Source: a virus. Taken from it: DNA of 64,000 bases. Shown piece by piece: positions 1 through 11,300 of this stretch. A model generated the notes under the pieces. That model had not been told where the DNA came from. It ran no database searches and saw nothing but the letters and a program-made list of their open reading frames with translations. How positions within the stretch are numbered: the stretch's first letter is position 1; every line of letters begins with the position of its first letter. The position numbers and the translations under genes were made by a program. The DNA lies in IMG/VR virus record IMGVR_UViG_3300033145_000849, positions 64,267 through 128,266 of that record. The stretch is one strand, 5' to 3'.

Positions 1-3000
1 CTAGTATGACCTACTGGACCTTTAGGATGATTAATCTCTATGTATCGACCTGCACCATCCCAATACAATGAACGCAATACCACTCCATCTGTTAAGGCAT
101 AAACATCAGTACCAACAGGAGTATTAACGTCTACTCCCTTATGAACATAACCAATTCTTTTTCCCTTATTTTCTTTTTTCCATTGGTAGTATTCATCTAT
201 CGTTGCTGTGCGTATAGACTTTCCTATTCCTCCATCTTTTTTTGATTTTTTGATTTGAGCTGGATCGACGCATCCAGCGGCAACTAAAAGATGATTAGAT
301 GTTCTCCAATCACGGCTTGCAGCTTTTTGTCTATAGTGCCATCCTGCTCTAGACTGTCCAATGTCCCTAACATAACAAGGATTACTTTTACGAGTTAATG
401 AAGCATAAGAAGCAACTGGACAATAAAAATCTACTCCAGCTTTAGTTTCAGGTCTCTGACTAGAGTCTTCTCTTGGCCAGGTAGTCTTCAGGTTTTCAAC
501 GCCTTTCATCTCAGCAGAACTATATTTTGGATTAGAAGGAGAGTTTGGTCTATTGTTCTGCATATGTCCTGTAGTATCAAGGGGAATAGACCCATGTATT
601 TTCCCCATAAAATCTCCATCCCATAAGAAAGACATATCGGTGCCATGTTTAACTACACCATAAGGTTTAAGTTCAGGATTCTTTTTACCATAACTATTTC
701 CAAGAGCTTTACCAGATCCATCTGGAACTATCTTGAGTGTTGTTTTTGGTTCACTTACAAGAGTACTATAATAAGAAAACCCTTGAGTAATGGAAGGTTG
801 AAGTTTAGATACATCTCCTTGGTTTTTAAGCGTAGTTAAAGCTAAGGATTCTCCTCCAGCTGTGAGAAGAGGAACATATTTACTACTAAAATATTCGTCT
901 ACATTCTTCTGAGCACTTTCATAAGACTTAATACTCATTTGTCTAGCAGCTGTAATCCAGGAAGAATCTATAAAGTTGTTGGCGTCAGTTCCTCCAAGAC
1001 CACCATCATGTAGTGGGTACCATAAGTAAGAGTCTGGTTCATAGTCGAATAACGCGGTTTCACTAACGACTCCATTCTTGTCTGCTGCATATCCAGCTAG
1101 AGAAGAGAGCTGTTGGCGGAAATCTGGGTAAGCCATAATTCCCTTGCTTAATCCATGCGAGTCCTTTATTTTTCTAAATCTTTCAAAAGCGGGTTCGTCA
1201 AGAAACAACCACTTGTCTATAAGTTCTTGTATTAGAGCTCTTTGTGCAGAGAGATAGGTCTGAAGACCCATGTCTGTCAATATACTTGTTCTCTTTTTAA
1301 AAACACCTACTGCACTTTGAGCTTCTTTATCTGGTTTTTTACCAAGCTTGCCTGTTTTCTTTTGCCAATTTAGAGTCTCTATTGCTTTTTTATAATCAGG
1401 TACTCGTCTCTCTGCAGCATACTTGTCTTTATATTTTGCATACTTTGTTCCTTTAATAACAGCAGGAGGAAGATCACTTGTTCTATAGAATTTCTTTCTG
1501 TAAGCTTTATATCTTTGATCTACACTTTGAAGCATTTTGTTTAAGCCTGGAACAAAATCAAGCTTGCCACCATTTGACTCAGTATCTCCAACAGAGACAT
1601 ATAAATTATATTCAGATAAACTATGTAAAGCTGCTTTGTATTGTTCCTCTCGACTCCAATCGTCAGGAAGACCATGAGTATCATATTGATATCCAGAACG
1701 AACTCCTTTGTAACGGAAGACTTCACTATGAACATCCTTTAACCATTCGTTATAATTATTACGAGCTCTATCGATAAGAGCATTAATCGCTTCCTTGTTT
1801 TTATTCTGTGGAGAATTTTGTCTTTGTAATTTGTACCAATCAATCTCGTACCATTCGTTCTGTCGATTTCGATATCCTTTTCGTCCCTCAATCGCCAAAT
1901 GAACCTCTATCCATTTCCAAACTTCTTTGTAAAGGTCTTCATGACCTGTAATAAATGTTTGTTTTAATTGCTCAGGATTCTCGTCTTCTTTTGAATTACT
2001 TGTTAATCCAGCTTCTTGTAGGGTCATAGTAACCCGAGACCGACCTGGTTGATCTGGAATAGAAACAGTATTAATCCTGTATGTCACAAACTCCTTAAGA
2101 TTAAGAAGGTTTAAGAAGTCATTATTAATAAATAGTGTTCGATAGCCAGCAGGAATTTGCTTAAACCTAAGAGACATGGTTTCTATCTTGTCATACATAG
2201 CGTTAAGCTCTGAAGCTGTTTCCTCAGGAACATTCATTACGAATGTTACGTTTGCATCTACGCTACCAATATGCTGAAAAGTTGGATACCTATAAGCTAC
2301 TAGTGGAATTTGTGCCAAGATATTAGTAAAGGACACATCTATTTGTTCAATGATAGGTTTTGGACCATCTATAATAGAGCTAGGATCTATGTCTAGATTT
2401 CTTTTACGGCCCAAGATAACTACGCCGCCTGCGGTAGCATTAGATCCAGTTCCCTTCTGTATGATCTCTGTATCTATAACCTTTTTAAATCCATTAGCTA
2501 ATGAACCTTCATCAGTTACTATTCCCTCGTCTTGTAGGGACTGCATAGTTTTAGCTTGTTTGGTAAGCATTCCAATAGCGTCACGTAGATTATCGCCATC
2601 GGCTCCCTGTAGTAATGAAGCAGAAGAGCTGATTCCTGTTTCACCTGAGCGTTCCATTAGTCTTTTAATAGTTTCTGATACAAGACCAGAAGTAGCAGAA
2701 GTAATTCCTTTTGACTCAGCAGAATTTATCTGTTTTCTAAGTTCTTCATTGATGTTTAAACCTTTTGCAACTAGCTTTCGATAAGCTATGTCTAATATTT
2801 CCTGATTACTAAGAGAGACTTTGCTTTCAGATGGATCTTTTCCTGGAGACATAACATCTCCAATAACACCAAGAACTTCTTTAGGTTTTCTTAGCAAGGT
2901 ATTGACCAAGTCAGCTGCCATTCGGTTAGCTAATGCACTGGCCTTGGGTATCATCTCAAATTCTCTATACCAAAATCTAGTAGAATTATCCTCTCCGTCT

Positions 3001-3698
3001 TCGTGAGGCCATTTGGGAAGCTGTCCACTCTTTACTTTGAATGGAGCATAAAAAGCTTTCCATGCTGGAGATTCCCAAGGATAGCCAGGTTTGTCGTTCT
3101 TTGCTCCAGACTTAAAGGCAAAGAGTGGAGTATAGGGGAAGTAGTTAAACCATTGAAAAACAAAAGATCCTTGAATAGCATTAGGCATTCCAAGATGTCC
3201 ACAAGTGCTGAAACTCATACCAGAAAGAGCAAATGCAAGAGGTCTGAATCTCTTATACTGAGTATATGTACCTGATACATCAAAAGCATCATCATTGGTA
3301 TTGGTAGTCAAAAGCATCTTTTGAAGATAAGAGCTATAAATGGTACAGAAAGGAGTTGCCCTTAGTCCAGCTACAAGAGGAATAAGGCGCGATTCTCTAT
3401 CGTCAGCGCCTTCGAATATGATATTAACAACTACCTCTACCTTTCCATGTCCAGACTTAGTCTTCATAGAAGAATTAGTCCGTAAAGTGTTCCACTCATA
3501 ATTTACAGAATCTTTGCTTATTGCTATTTGTGATGGAGGAATTCGTAAAGCTACGTCATTAATAACGAAACTGTCTTCTCCTGCGTCTCCAACAATGGTC
3601 GGTTCCTGTCTTTCTCTTCTGGGATCAAGAGCCTTGGGTGCTTCTTCATTTAAGGTTAGACCAGGATTTTGGTAAGTAACAGATTTTCCAGTAGCCAA
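1..3698 (-). CDS. Large virion/baseplate-hub-like protein with M23 peptidase domain (3'-truncated by window edge, >1230 aa)
   Basis: GGAGG RBS then TTG at 3698 (MATGKSVTYQNPG...). Absent from the ORF track, consistent with no stop before position 1. In the same frame near 150-10 it reads YVHKGVDVNTPVGTDVYALTDGVV...GAGRYIEINH, the HxGxD M23 signature. Confidence 0.75.
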   Translation of the reverse strand, partial: MATGKSVTYQNPGLTLNEEAPKALDPRRERQEPTIVGDAGEDSFVINDVALRIPPSQIAISKDSVNYEWNTLRTNSSMKTKSGHGKVEVVVNIIFEGADDRESRLIPLVAGLRATPFCTIYSSYLQKMLLTTNTNDDAFDVSGTYTQYKRFRPLAFALSGMSFSTCGHLGMPNAIQGSFVFQWFNYFPYTPLFAFKSGAKNDKPGYPWESPAWKAFYAPFKVKSGQLPKWPHEDGEDNSTRFWYREFEMIPKASALANRMAADLVNTLLRKPKEVLGVIGDVMSPGKDPSESKVSLSNQEILDIAYRKLVAKGLNINEELRKQINSAESKGITSATSGLVSETIKRLMERSGETGISSSASLLQGADGDNLRDAIGMLTKQAKTMQSLQDEGIVTDEGSLANGFKKVIDTEIIQKGTGSNATAGGVVILGRKRNLDIDPSSIIDGPKPIIEQIDVSFTNILAQIPLVAYRYPTFQHIGSVDANVTFVMNVPEETASELNAMYDKIETMSLRFKQIPAGYRTLFINNDFLNLLNLKEFVTYRINTVSIPDQPGRSRVTMTLQEAGLTSNSKEDENPEQLKQTFITGHEDLYKEVWKWIEVHLAIEGRKGYRNRQNEWYEIDWYKLQRQNSPQNKNKEAINALIDRARNNYNEWLKDVHSEVFRYKGVRSGYQYDTHGLPDDWSREEQYKAALHSLSEYNLYVSVGDTESNGGKLDFVPGLNKMLQSVDQRYKAYRKKFYRTSDLPPAVIKGTKYAKYKDKYAAERRVPDYKKAIETLNWQKKTGKLGKKPDKEAQSAVGVFKKRTSILTDMGLQTYLSAQRALIQELIDKWLFLDEPAFERFRKIKDSHGLSKGIMAYPDFRQQLSSLAGYAADKNGVVSETALFDYEPDSYLWYPLHDGGLGGTDANNFIDSSWITAARQMSIKSYESAQKNVDEYFSSKYVPLLTAGGESLALTTLKNQGDVSKLQPSITQGFSYYSTLVSEPKTTLKIVPDGSGKALGNSYGKKNPELKPYGVVKHGTDMSFLWDGDFMGKIHGSIPLDTTGHMQNNRPNSPSNPKYSSAEMKGVENLKTTWPREDSSQRPETKAGVDFYCPVASYASLTRKSNPCYVRDIGQSRAGWHYRQKAASRDWRTSNHLLVAAGCVDPAQIKKSKKDGGIGKSIRTATIDEYYQWKKENKGKRIGYVHKGVDVNTPVGTDVYALTDGVVLRSLYWDGAGRYIEINHPKGPVGHT

Positions 3699-3727
3699 AA
3701 GCAACAAACCTCCGTGAAATTATTAGG

Positions 3728-6700
3728 TTACCCGTTTAATATATCAGATAGTTTCTGGGGCGTCAAAGATGATCGCCTGTCATTTATAGTAGAACTAACA
3801 CTAGCTTGACCACCAACAGCATTACGTAATTGCTGGCTGAGAGAGCTATAGTCAGCTCCACCATCAGATTGTCCTAAAATAGAGATCTTATGTCTAGAGG
3901 GACCTGCAATCCTAGCTGTATTAGCAGAACCAATTGGACTTGGTGCAGAGGGAGATCCTCTTGTAGCACTACCAGAATGTCCTCCTACAGGAAGGTTAGA
4001 TCCACCAGAACCACTCTGAAGTATGGGTCTAGGAGGAGTATTGGCTCCTGGTCCTAAAGTCCTGGGAGGAGCGCTTAGTATCGTTGCTAATCCAATAGCT
4101 GCTGCTCCACCTAAAGCAACTGGTTTAGCCCATGGAATCATAGATCTTCCAGCTGCACCCATCCTGTTTACCATGCTCATGCCTTTACTAACGACATTAG
4201 CCATAGAGCCTTTTGGTGTAGCAACATCAGCAAAGAAAGATCCATAGGGAGACATTGCTAGTGCTTCTCGATTAGACATTGCGGCAATCTCTCTTGCTCC
4301 AGAAGGCTTAGCTTTTCCCATGAGAAGATTTCTTAAACGGAAAGCATTAACTCCTCCTACTTGAACATTCTCCATTGCCCTTAAAGAATGAGCTACGTTT
4401 TGAGCAGTTTTATCTATACCTATACCAGGAATAAACTCTGTAGTTCGCCTGCCAGAGATAGGGTCTTCTATAAGAGCTGTAAGGCCACCTTCTAATGCTG
4501 CTTTACCCTCAGCGGTTGATTTGTCCATAACACTTCTGGCAACATTACTAATACTTCCTCCATCTCTACTCTTCATTGATTGGGCTATTTGGTCAAACAA
4601 GTCTATCATCTTTGTTGATTCTGAAGCTTTAATATGTTTACCAGAAATAGGAGTATTCTCCATCCATTCAAGAAGACCTAAAGCTTTCTGTGAATCTGCA
4701 CCCGACAGTTTTCCTGCATTAGCTAACACAGCAGCCCTGCCTTCCTGTAAAGCCATGGACACTTTACCAAGAGCACCAGGTCTCTTTGTGATTCCAACAG
4801 CTACCGTTTGCCCAGCCATAATCTGCCTTAAGGAAGTAACACCTTCTTGACCAGCTTTTGCTTTAAGAATCTGAGTTCTAATACTGTGTTCTCTATAAGC
4901 CGCCATGGCTTCTGGATCTGCCAAATGTGTTGCAAGGTTTTTCTCTAGTTGAGGACCTGCAAGTATAGCTGATATAACATCTCCGTCAGTATCAGCAGCC
5001 ATTCCAATCATGGGAGAAAGCAAGATAGGACTAGCAGCGCCTTCTGCGATCCGTCTTGCTCCGTCTCGTTGAAACTTTCTTAGAGCATTTCCCTCAAGTT
5101 TACCTTGAGCCATAACAGTGTTTCGGACCTCTGTATTCATAGCAATTACAGCTTCTTTCCCAGCTATCTTTCTGAACCATACAGCTTGTGTACTGTAAGG
5201 TCCTATGTGAGGATGTCTAGCAACCATGCCAGCAATTCGTTCTCCAGCCATAAACTTTTTCTGCATTCCAGTAACGTCATGTCCAAGTTTCTCTAGATCT
5301 TTAAACATTTTCTCAGCATAATTGGCTGTAATACCAGCAGTAAATCTGTCTTTCAAAATATTAACATCACGTATTCCTGGTTGTACTGCTGTAAGAGCCA
5401 TGCTACCAGGTAGTCTTCCTCTTAGAAGCCCGCCAACTCCTCCAACTGTCAAAGCTTTAGAATATGCTAGTTCAGATCCTAACTTATCAACCTGTGCCAT
5501 CATACCTTCTTTAGTTAAGTTCCTAGCGTCATACTCACCTGCAGCATCAATAACATTCCTATAAGCTCTAGATAGATCTGTGTTAACAACCTTGCCTGTA
5601 GCAGTTTTATATCCAGCAAGCTGTTTTAGATTAGTTGCTGAAGGCATATAGATATCGCCGACTCCTTTGATCCTTAAGTAGCCAGCTTCTGATGGCATTG
5701 CTAAGCTTGACATGTCCTTAAGACCAGCAGAAATCTCTTGAGCAGATCTGGCACCGGATACTTTCTTAAGACCAGTTACACTTCCTAATGCCTTTTCTAA
5801 TTCTGATTGCTCCATTAGTCTTTCTGGATAAAAGCCCATCATTCTCTCTGCTATATCTTTCTGTATCTTTGGTCCGAGAGCTCCAAAGTGAGCACCGCCT
5901 GCCAGTTCAAACATTCTAGGTTCGATAGTAGCTGCTCGACCTGCCCCTGGTCCCCCTAGTCCACCAAAAAACATTTGAGTAGTTCCAACAGCTTTACCAA
6001 GAGACATTTCTCTTGCTTCCCTCTCTGATATTTCCATTCCTTGACCCGTCATCCAATCATAGATTCCTGCAGCTCCACCTTTAATATCGAAGACAGTAGG
6101 TACAGCACCAAACACTCCACCAATTTGTTTAGAAGTAAGTCTAGACTCTTTACCTATAGACCAAAGTTGTTTAAGCATTAATTCGTCAGAGAATCCACTA
6201 GCAGCTTTAGTTGCTTCTCGGGCAGCTGCACGCATATTAGCAACTTCAACAAAAGGAGACTCTACGAACTTACGTGACAATTCACCAAACTGTTTGTTAC
6301 CAGCTTGACTCATATTGACTTGAGACATTTCCCAAAGAGAAGTAAACATTTGGTCGTAGTGTAATTGTCTATTCTTTTTAAGTTCTGTCATAGAGATAAT
6401 AGCGTCTGCTCCTGATATACCGAACAACTTTTTAAACTTGTCCATATATCCACTATCAGCAACCATTGCCATTCCCTTATGTCCACCAAGCAATTTTGCA
6501 TACTTAGGATCAGTTATTTCTCTTTCCCCTACTAGACTAATAATATCCCCTCGACTTGCACTTCCTTCGATTTGAGTGCCAGCAACTATTCTCATTGCAC
6601 TAGGAGCAGTAACAGGTCTTCCTTCAGGAGACATTCCTAGCAGGTCTCCTTCTTTTACCATTTGATTAAAATTCCAAATATTAGAGCCAGGTCGACTCGA

Positions 6701-8341
6701 AGTAGCTTCTGCAGCATCTATCATTTTTTTAATTTCTGGGGCAACATCACCACTAGCAATAATAAATGGCATTGTTTCCTTAACTGCTAACTGCTTCATT
6801 GCTTCCTTGGAAATTACCATCTGTCCTTCTGGAGAAACTCCAAGTCTCATCATCTGTGCACCGTATTGGTCAGCAGAAAGATAAGCAGCAGATACCATAG
6901 GAGCTTCAACTCCAACTCTTTTAGCAGCCCATAAATAATCAAACTGTCGTTGATCTGAAGCCATTGCTTTCATTGCAGATGCAGTAGGGGAAAATTCAGG
7001 ACGAAGAAACTTACCAGGGAATCTAGCTATTTCAGATGCTTCAGGAACAAGAGAAGCCAATTCTCTAATATCAGTTGGATACATTACTGATTTAGCGATT
7101 TGATTAGCAGATAGTCCTGGGAACAAAGAGACCTGTTTGCCTGCTGCTTCTGTAGCATAACCACGAGCTATAGCTGTCTGATATTCTGTAGCCGACAATA
7201 ATGGAAGATTGAATCCACGAGCTTTAGAATATGCAGCTTCTCCTCTCTTTCGTGGTCTGAGCATCCTTATGCCTCTAGACCTAATGTCAATATATTCTTC
7301 AAGACCTTGGCTTTGTGCAATCGCAGGAGATACATATTCTGTAGTAGCAGTTATCATTTGTTCCCATTGGTGCACCATGTCATGCATATGACTACGTGTT
7401 AAACGATGTTGTTTCATCATCTCAGGAATTAAATCTGTTACTGCTCTATTAAGGGCAAATTCTCCATGACTCATAGCCTTTCCTAATTGTCCTCCAACTA
7501 GTTCTCTGTACTCACCAGTAATATATTTAGCACCACTTTTAATCATTACACCAGGTTGTCCTTTTAATCCCATGCCAATATTAAGCTTCAGCTCTCCAGG
7601 AAGACTACCTCCTCTAAGACTCAATTGCATTTGTCTACCTAAACCTTCTCTACTTGTTATCTCTATGTGAGCTTTAGCTCCAGTTAGTTTTTCCATCTGG
7701 AGAATACTTTGCCGAGCTCCCTCATTTTTTAAAGATGTCCAGGGCCTAGCAATATGTTCTGTTCCTTCAAGAACAGGTAGTCCAAGAGCTTCCATTCCTA
7801 CAGGTAGACCTTGTCGTGCTCTAGATTCTAAAACGGGAATATCTTCCAAAAAGATAGAGGCTGCTCGGTCTAGGTGAATTCCTCCTCCTTGTCCAAGAAC
7901 GATAGCTAATTCCCTAGCTGCTCCGTCAGCAGTAGTAGCATACTGTAATTTTTGGGAAACAATCCTAGTAGTCATGCCTGTTGGATCAGCTGCAGTAGCT
8001 GCCCTAGACCATGCGTCACGTATTTGGTCCACTGTTAGCTTGGTGGTTTTACCAAAATTGTTTAAGTTTTTAAGTTGCCATCGTTTCCTGGCAGAGGGAA
8101 CTTGTTGAAAGTTTAAGTTGCCTGTATCTGTTTGGGTTACCTGGCCAGGCATATTCTTCAAGGTCTCTTGTGCAAAATCCCTAATGCCTACACCAGTAGC
8201 AGAATGAGATAATTGAGTTGGTGTGTTTTGAAGAGCATCTCTAATGCCAGTTAGATTACGAGCACCATATCCCACTCCAATTGCAAAGGGAGTAGCAATT
8301 AATGCAGTTTTAAATATAGATCCGCCATTATCATCAGACAC
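3728..8341 (-). CDS. Putative virion-associated single-chain two-barrel (DPBB) RNA polymerase
   Basis: Ordered motifs PEGQMVISKEA, AKLLGGHKGM (beta-like K...KG), GLLRGRLPGS, VARHPHIGPYS (RxP) and MAADTDGD (DxDGD catalytic triad, 4979-4993). Located in the structural module. Confidence 0.7.
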   Translation of the reverse strand: MSDDNGGSIFKTALIATPFAIGVGYGARNLTGIRDALQNTPTQLSHSATGVGIRDFAQETLKNMPGQVTQTDTGNLNFQQVPSARKRWQLKNLNNFGKTTKLTVDQIRDAWSRAATAADPTGMTTRIVSQKLQYATTADGAARELAIVLGQGGGIHLDRAASIFLEDIPVLESRARQGLPVGMEALGLPVLEGTEHIARPWTSLKNEGARQSILQMEKLTGAKAHIEITSREGLGRQMQLSLRGGSLPGELKLNIGMGLKGQPGVMIKSGAKYITGEYRELVGGQLGKAMSHGEFALNRAVTDLIPEMMKQHRLTRSHMHDMVHQWEQMITATTEYVSPAIAQSQGLEEYIDIRSRGIRMLRPRKRGEAAYSKARGFNLPLLSATEYQTAIARGYATEAAGKQVSLFPGLSANQIAKSVMYPTDIRELASLVPEASEIARFPGKFLRPEFSPTASAMKAMASDQRQFDYLWAAKRVGVEAPMVSAAYLSADQYGAQMMRLGVSPEGQMVISKEAMKQLAVKETMPFIIASGDVAPEIKKMIDAAEATSSRPGSNIWNFNQMVKEGDLLGMSPEGRPVTAPSAMRIVAGTQIEGSASRGDIISLVGEREITDPKYAKLLGGHKGMAMVADSGYMDKFKKLFGISGADAIISMTELKKNRQLHYDQMFTSLWEMSQVNMSQAGNKQFGELSRKFVESPFVEVANMRAAAREATKAASGFSDELMLKQLWSIGKESRLTSKQIGGVFGAVPTVFDIKGGAAGIYDWMTGQGMEISEREAREMSLGKAVGTTQMFFGGLGGPGAGRAATIEPRMFELAGGAHFGALGPKIQKDIAERMMGFYPERLMEQSELEKALGSVTGLKKVSGARSAQEISAGLKDMSSLAMPSEAGYLRIKGVGDIYMPSATNLKQLAGYKTATGKVVNTDLSRAYRNVIDAAGEYDARNLTKEGMMAQVDKLGSELAYSKALTVGGVGGLLRGRLPGSMALTAVQPGIRDVNILKDRFTAGITANYAEKMFKDLEKLGHDVTGMQKKFMAGERIAGMVARHPHIGPYSTQAVWFRKIAGKEAVIAMNTEVRNTVMAQGKLEGNALRKFQRDGARRIAEGAASPILLSPMIGMAADTDGDVISAILAGPQLEKNLATHLADPEAMAAYREHSIRTQILKAKAGQEGVTSLRQIMAGQTVAVGITKRPGALGKVSMALQEGRAAVLANAGKLSGADSQKALGLLEWMENTPISGKHIKASESTKMIDLFDQIAQSMKSRDGGSISNVARSVMDKSTAEGKAALEGGLTALIEDPISGRRTTEFIPGIGIDKTAQNVAHSLRAMENVQVGGVNAFRLRNLLMGKAKPSGAREIAAMSNREALAMSPYGSFFADVATPKGSMANVVSKGMSMVNRMGAAGRSMIPWAKPVALGGAAAIGLATILSAPPRTLGPGANTPPRPILQSGSGGSNLPVGGHSGSATRGSPSAPSPIGSANTARIAGPSRHKISILGQSDGGADYSSLSQQLRNAVGGQASVSSTINDRRSSLTPQKLSDILNG

Positions 8342-11300
8342 TATTCGAGACCTCTTCTTCGTATAAGTTCTTTGATTGATTGGGTTCTATCTTCAGAGAT
8401 GTTTAAATCAATTCTATTTTCAGGAAGCCCATGTAATGGAGTTACGTTAACGTTAAAGGTACGAATATTATGTCCTGTCAAGACCTCGTTTATTCTCTTC
8501 CGAACCTCGTCTGCATCCATTCCTGCACTTGCCTCAGCAGCTGCTTCTGGCAAATATGGTCTACGATCTGCCTGTCTCTGCCTATCAGGCCATAGATCAT
8601 AATCATACATATTTTCCCCTTCATTTTCTACTATCTTAAGCTTAATATCATCTAGGTCTACAGCTGGATGCCATCCTACCCAGTCAGGACCAGGCAATGC
8701 GCGACCATCTAGTTCTTCTGATAACAGCTTAGTTCTTCTATACCAATCAGGATAAGACTCTTGAGGTTGTCGGGTTTTCAGATATTCTTCCCACAGATCC
8801 TTTGTCTTTGGCATCCCCTCAGCTTCTCTTTCTCGATATAGACCTTCAATCTCAGCTTCTGCGGCCTCAACCTGTCCTTCTGATAGGAGTCCCTGGTCTA
8901 TAGCTTCTCTCATGTCACTAGCATCTTGAAGTTTCCAACGTGCAAGATATAGCGATTTCTCATTCTCGGGCACCATCTTCATAATCTCTGAACGTTCTTC
9001 CATGTTAGCTTCAGAGAATGCTGTAAAGTAATCCCTCTCTCTTCTTGGAAGTGAGCGATATAGTTGAGAAAAGTTAAAGGTGAAAGGATTAATCCCAAAG
9101 AGGGTCTCTCTACGCTTCTGTTCGTATTCCTTAATGGACCCTTCATCTTCACCAAATTGGGCAGCTCTCTTAAGCCTGGTGTATTTAACATATTTTAGGA
9201 TGTCAAAATAATCTTCCAGTCCACGTTTCTTTTCTATATGTTCAGGAATACCCTCCCATCCAAGGGCATTTTTTGTAGTCTCAATGAAGGGTTTAAAGAA
9301 GTCCCTAATAGGATGACCCCAGAAAGCGCTCTGGGTACCATATAGCTGGGTAGCTTTATAGTCTTCAACAGCTGTCCTCTGATGAACTAGTTTAGAAGCT
9401 GGAGCAACAGGTGTTAGATATTCAAGAGGAGTTTCAGAGCCATGAGCCAAAGTTTCCCAATAACTTCCAACAGTTCGCTCAAACCAACCAGGTCCAGATT
9501 CTGCTTTAGCAGCTTCATTAGCATTGATTAGCAGCTGTTGTACTGGAGTCACAGCCTGGTCTCTATACTTATAGGGAGAAAATTGCTTGCGAACCTTCTT
9601 AGCTGAGACCTGACTAAGGATCTCTTTGTATTCAGTATGCTCTTCTGCTGTTAATTGCTGACGTTTTGCAGCTCCCCTAACCCGAGATAAAGCCGTCCTG
9701 TACTTATCTGTATATGGAGCTACATCAGCTAGAATCCTAAGGCGATCTAGATCAGGGTAGTTTTCAGGTGCAACTCCTTCTAGGTTAGGGTGTAAGGCTG
9801 CGTAGCCGGTCCCAGGAAGCCTTAACTCTCCTTCAGGTACCTTGACAAAGGGGTCACCATGTAAAAAGTCAGGAGAACGCTCTCCGGGCCCAGGAAGCCA
9901 TTCTGGCATTAAGTTCCTAATAGGATTATATAGGGGTGTCTGGCGCCTTCTATGTGGATAGAGACGTCTTATTAGTTCTGTAGTTCCCAGACCACCGCCC
10001 AGCTCTAAGTCCCAGTATGCTCGTTCAGCACCATACATCCTGCGAGCTGACTCAAGCTGCATCTCCTGAGCAAAAGTATCTGATTCTCCAGTAATAGACT
10101 CTTTAATAGCAGTCATGGTAAAGCCTGGAAGACCAACCATTTCTGTCATACGATAAATTTGTTCTCCAATAACACCTTTGGTTCCATAAGGAGAGATAGG
10201 AGCTCCTGTTCCTTCTTCTCCTAATTCTGGAATGGCAGGTCTTTGGCCAAATCTAGGTGCCATCTCCAGAACTTCTGTTCCACCAGAACCTTCTCTTGTC
10301 CATTCATCTACATGCATCAATTTGGGAGGCTTTACTAGTCTGCCTATAGTTGCAGCAAGAAGGGGCCCAATAAACGGAACGTCTTCAAAAGCTGTACCTG
10401 TTATAGGATAAGGTCTCTCACGGTAATGTTTTTGCTCTAGTTCGTAGGTGAAGTTTTCTTTCCATAAACGATCAAATGGAGAAAGTTCTCCGTCTCCGTA
10501 GATAGACTTTTCTTTAGCTCTCGCTAACATTCTTGGATACCAGTGAGGTCTGAACCTGTCTATCCTAGTTCCTTCATAAGGGGAGTTGTGGACTAAAAAC
10601 GTACCCGCTTGAAGTAGATGGTCTGGATGGTCTATCTCAAAATCATAAACAGTATCGTTGTAATATTCATGCTTTACGTCTATTACTCTTGTATAGAGTT
10701 TATGGTTCTTCCATTGATATCCTTGTCCTGGCTTACCAGCTGTATCAGGATTCCAACCAATTCGGTATCTGTAGCTATTCTTCCCATCTTTCTTTATGTA
10801 ATTACATTTTTCTACCTTAGGAATTGTTGGGACAATACCTTGTGATAAAAGAATAGTTTGAACAAAGTCTATAAATTGCCTACGACAAGCTGAGAGAACT
10901 TTTCTTTTTCTATCAGAATGTCCATCTCCTCTCCATAATCCAAGCAGAAGAGCGTCATGGAACCATCTAGAAGTATTAAGAAACCACCAGGGTATCTCTT
11001 TATCGTTTGACCTATCAGATTGATAAAACAGTTCAAAAAAGACTCGGGACAGCAACGAGTTGCAAATCCTGACTATCCAACAGCCTTCGTCAGTATCTTT
11101 TTTACCCTTCTTAAATCTAACCGTAATATCAATATCAAATAAGCTTTTTACAATATGTTTAATATCGTCAACAATCCACTTCTCATCTAACGCATGTACG
11201 GTTTCTATCATCCCAGGAAGACCGTTTTTAAACGACAAGTTTCCTTCAGCTAGGAAATATCCGAATAACCTTCCTAATCTATGGGTCAATTCTATTTGTC

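Noticed and set aside
3728-8460. Shared C-terminal packaging signal in the 1537- and 1690-aa proteins (INDRRSSL vs ISEDRTQSI)
   Set aside because: Resemblance too weak to support by eye.
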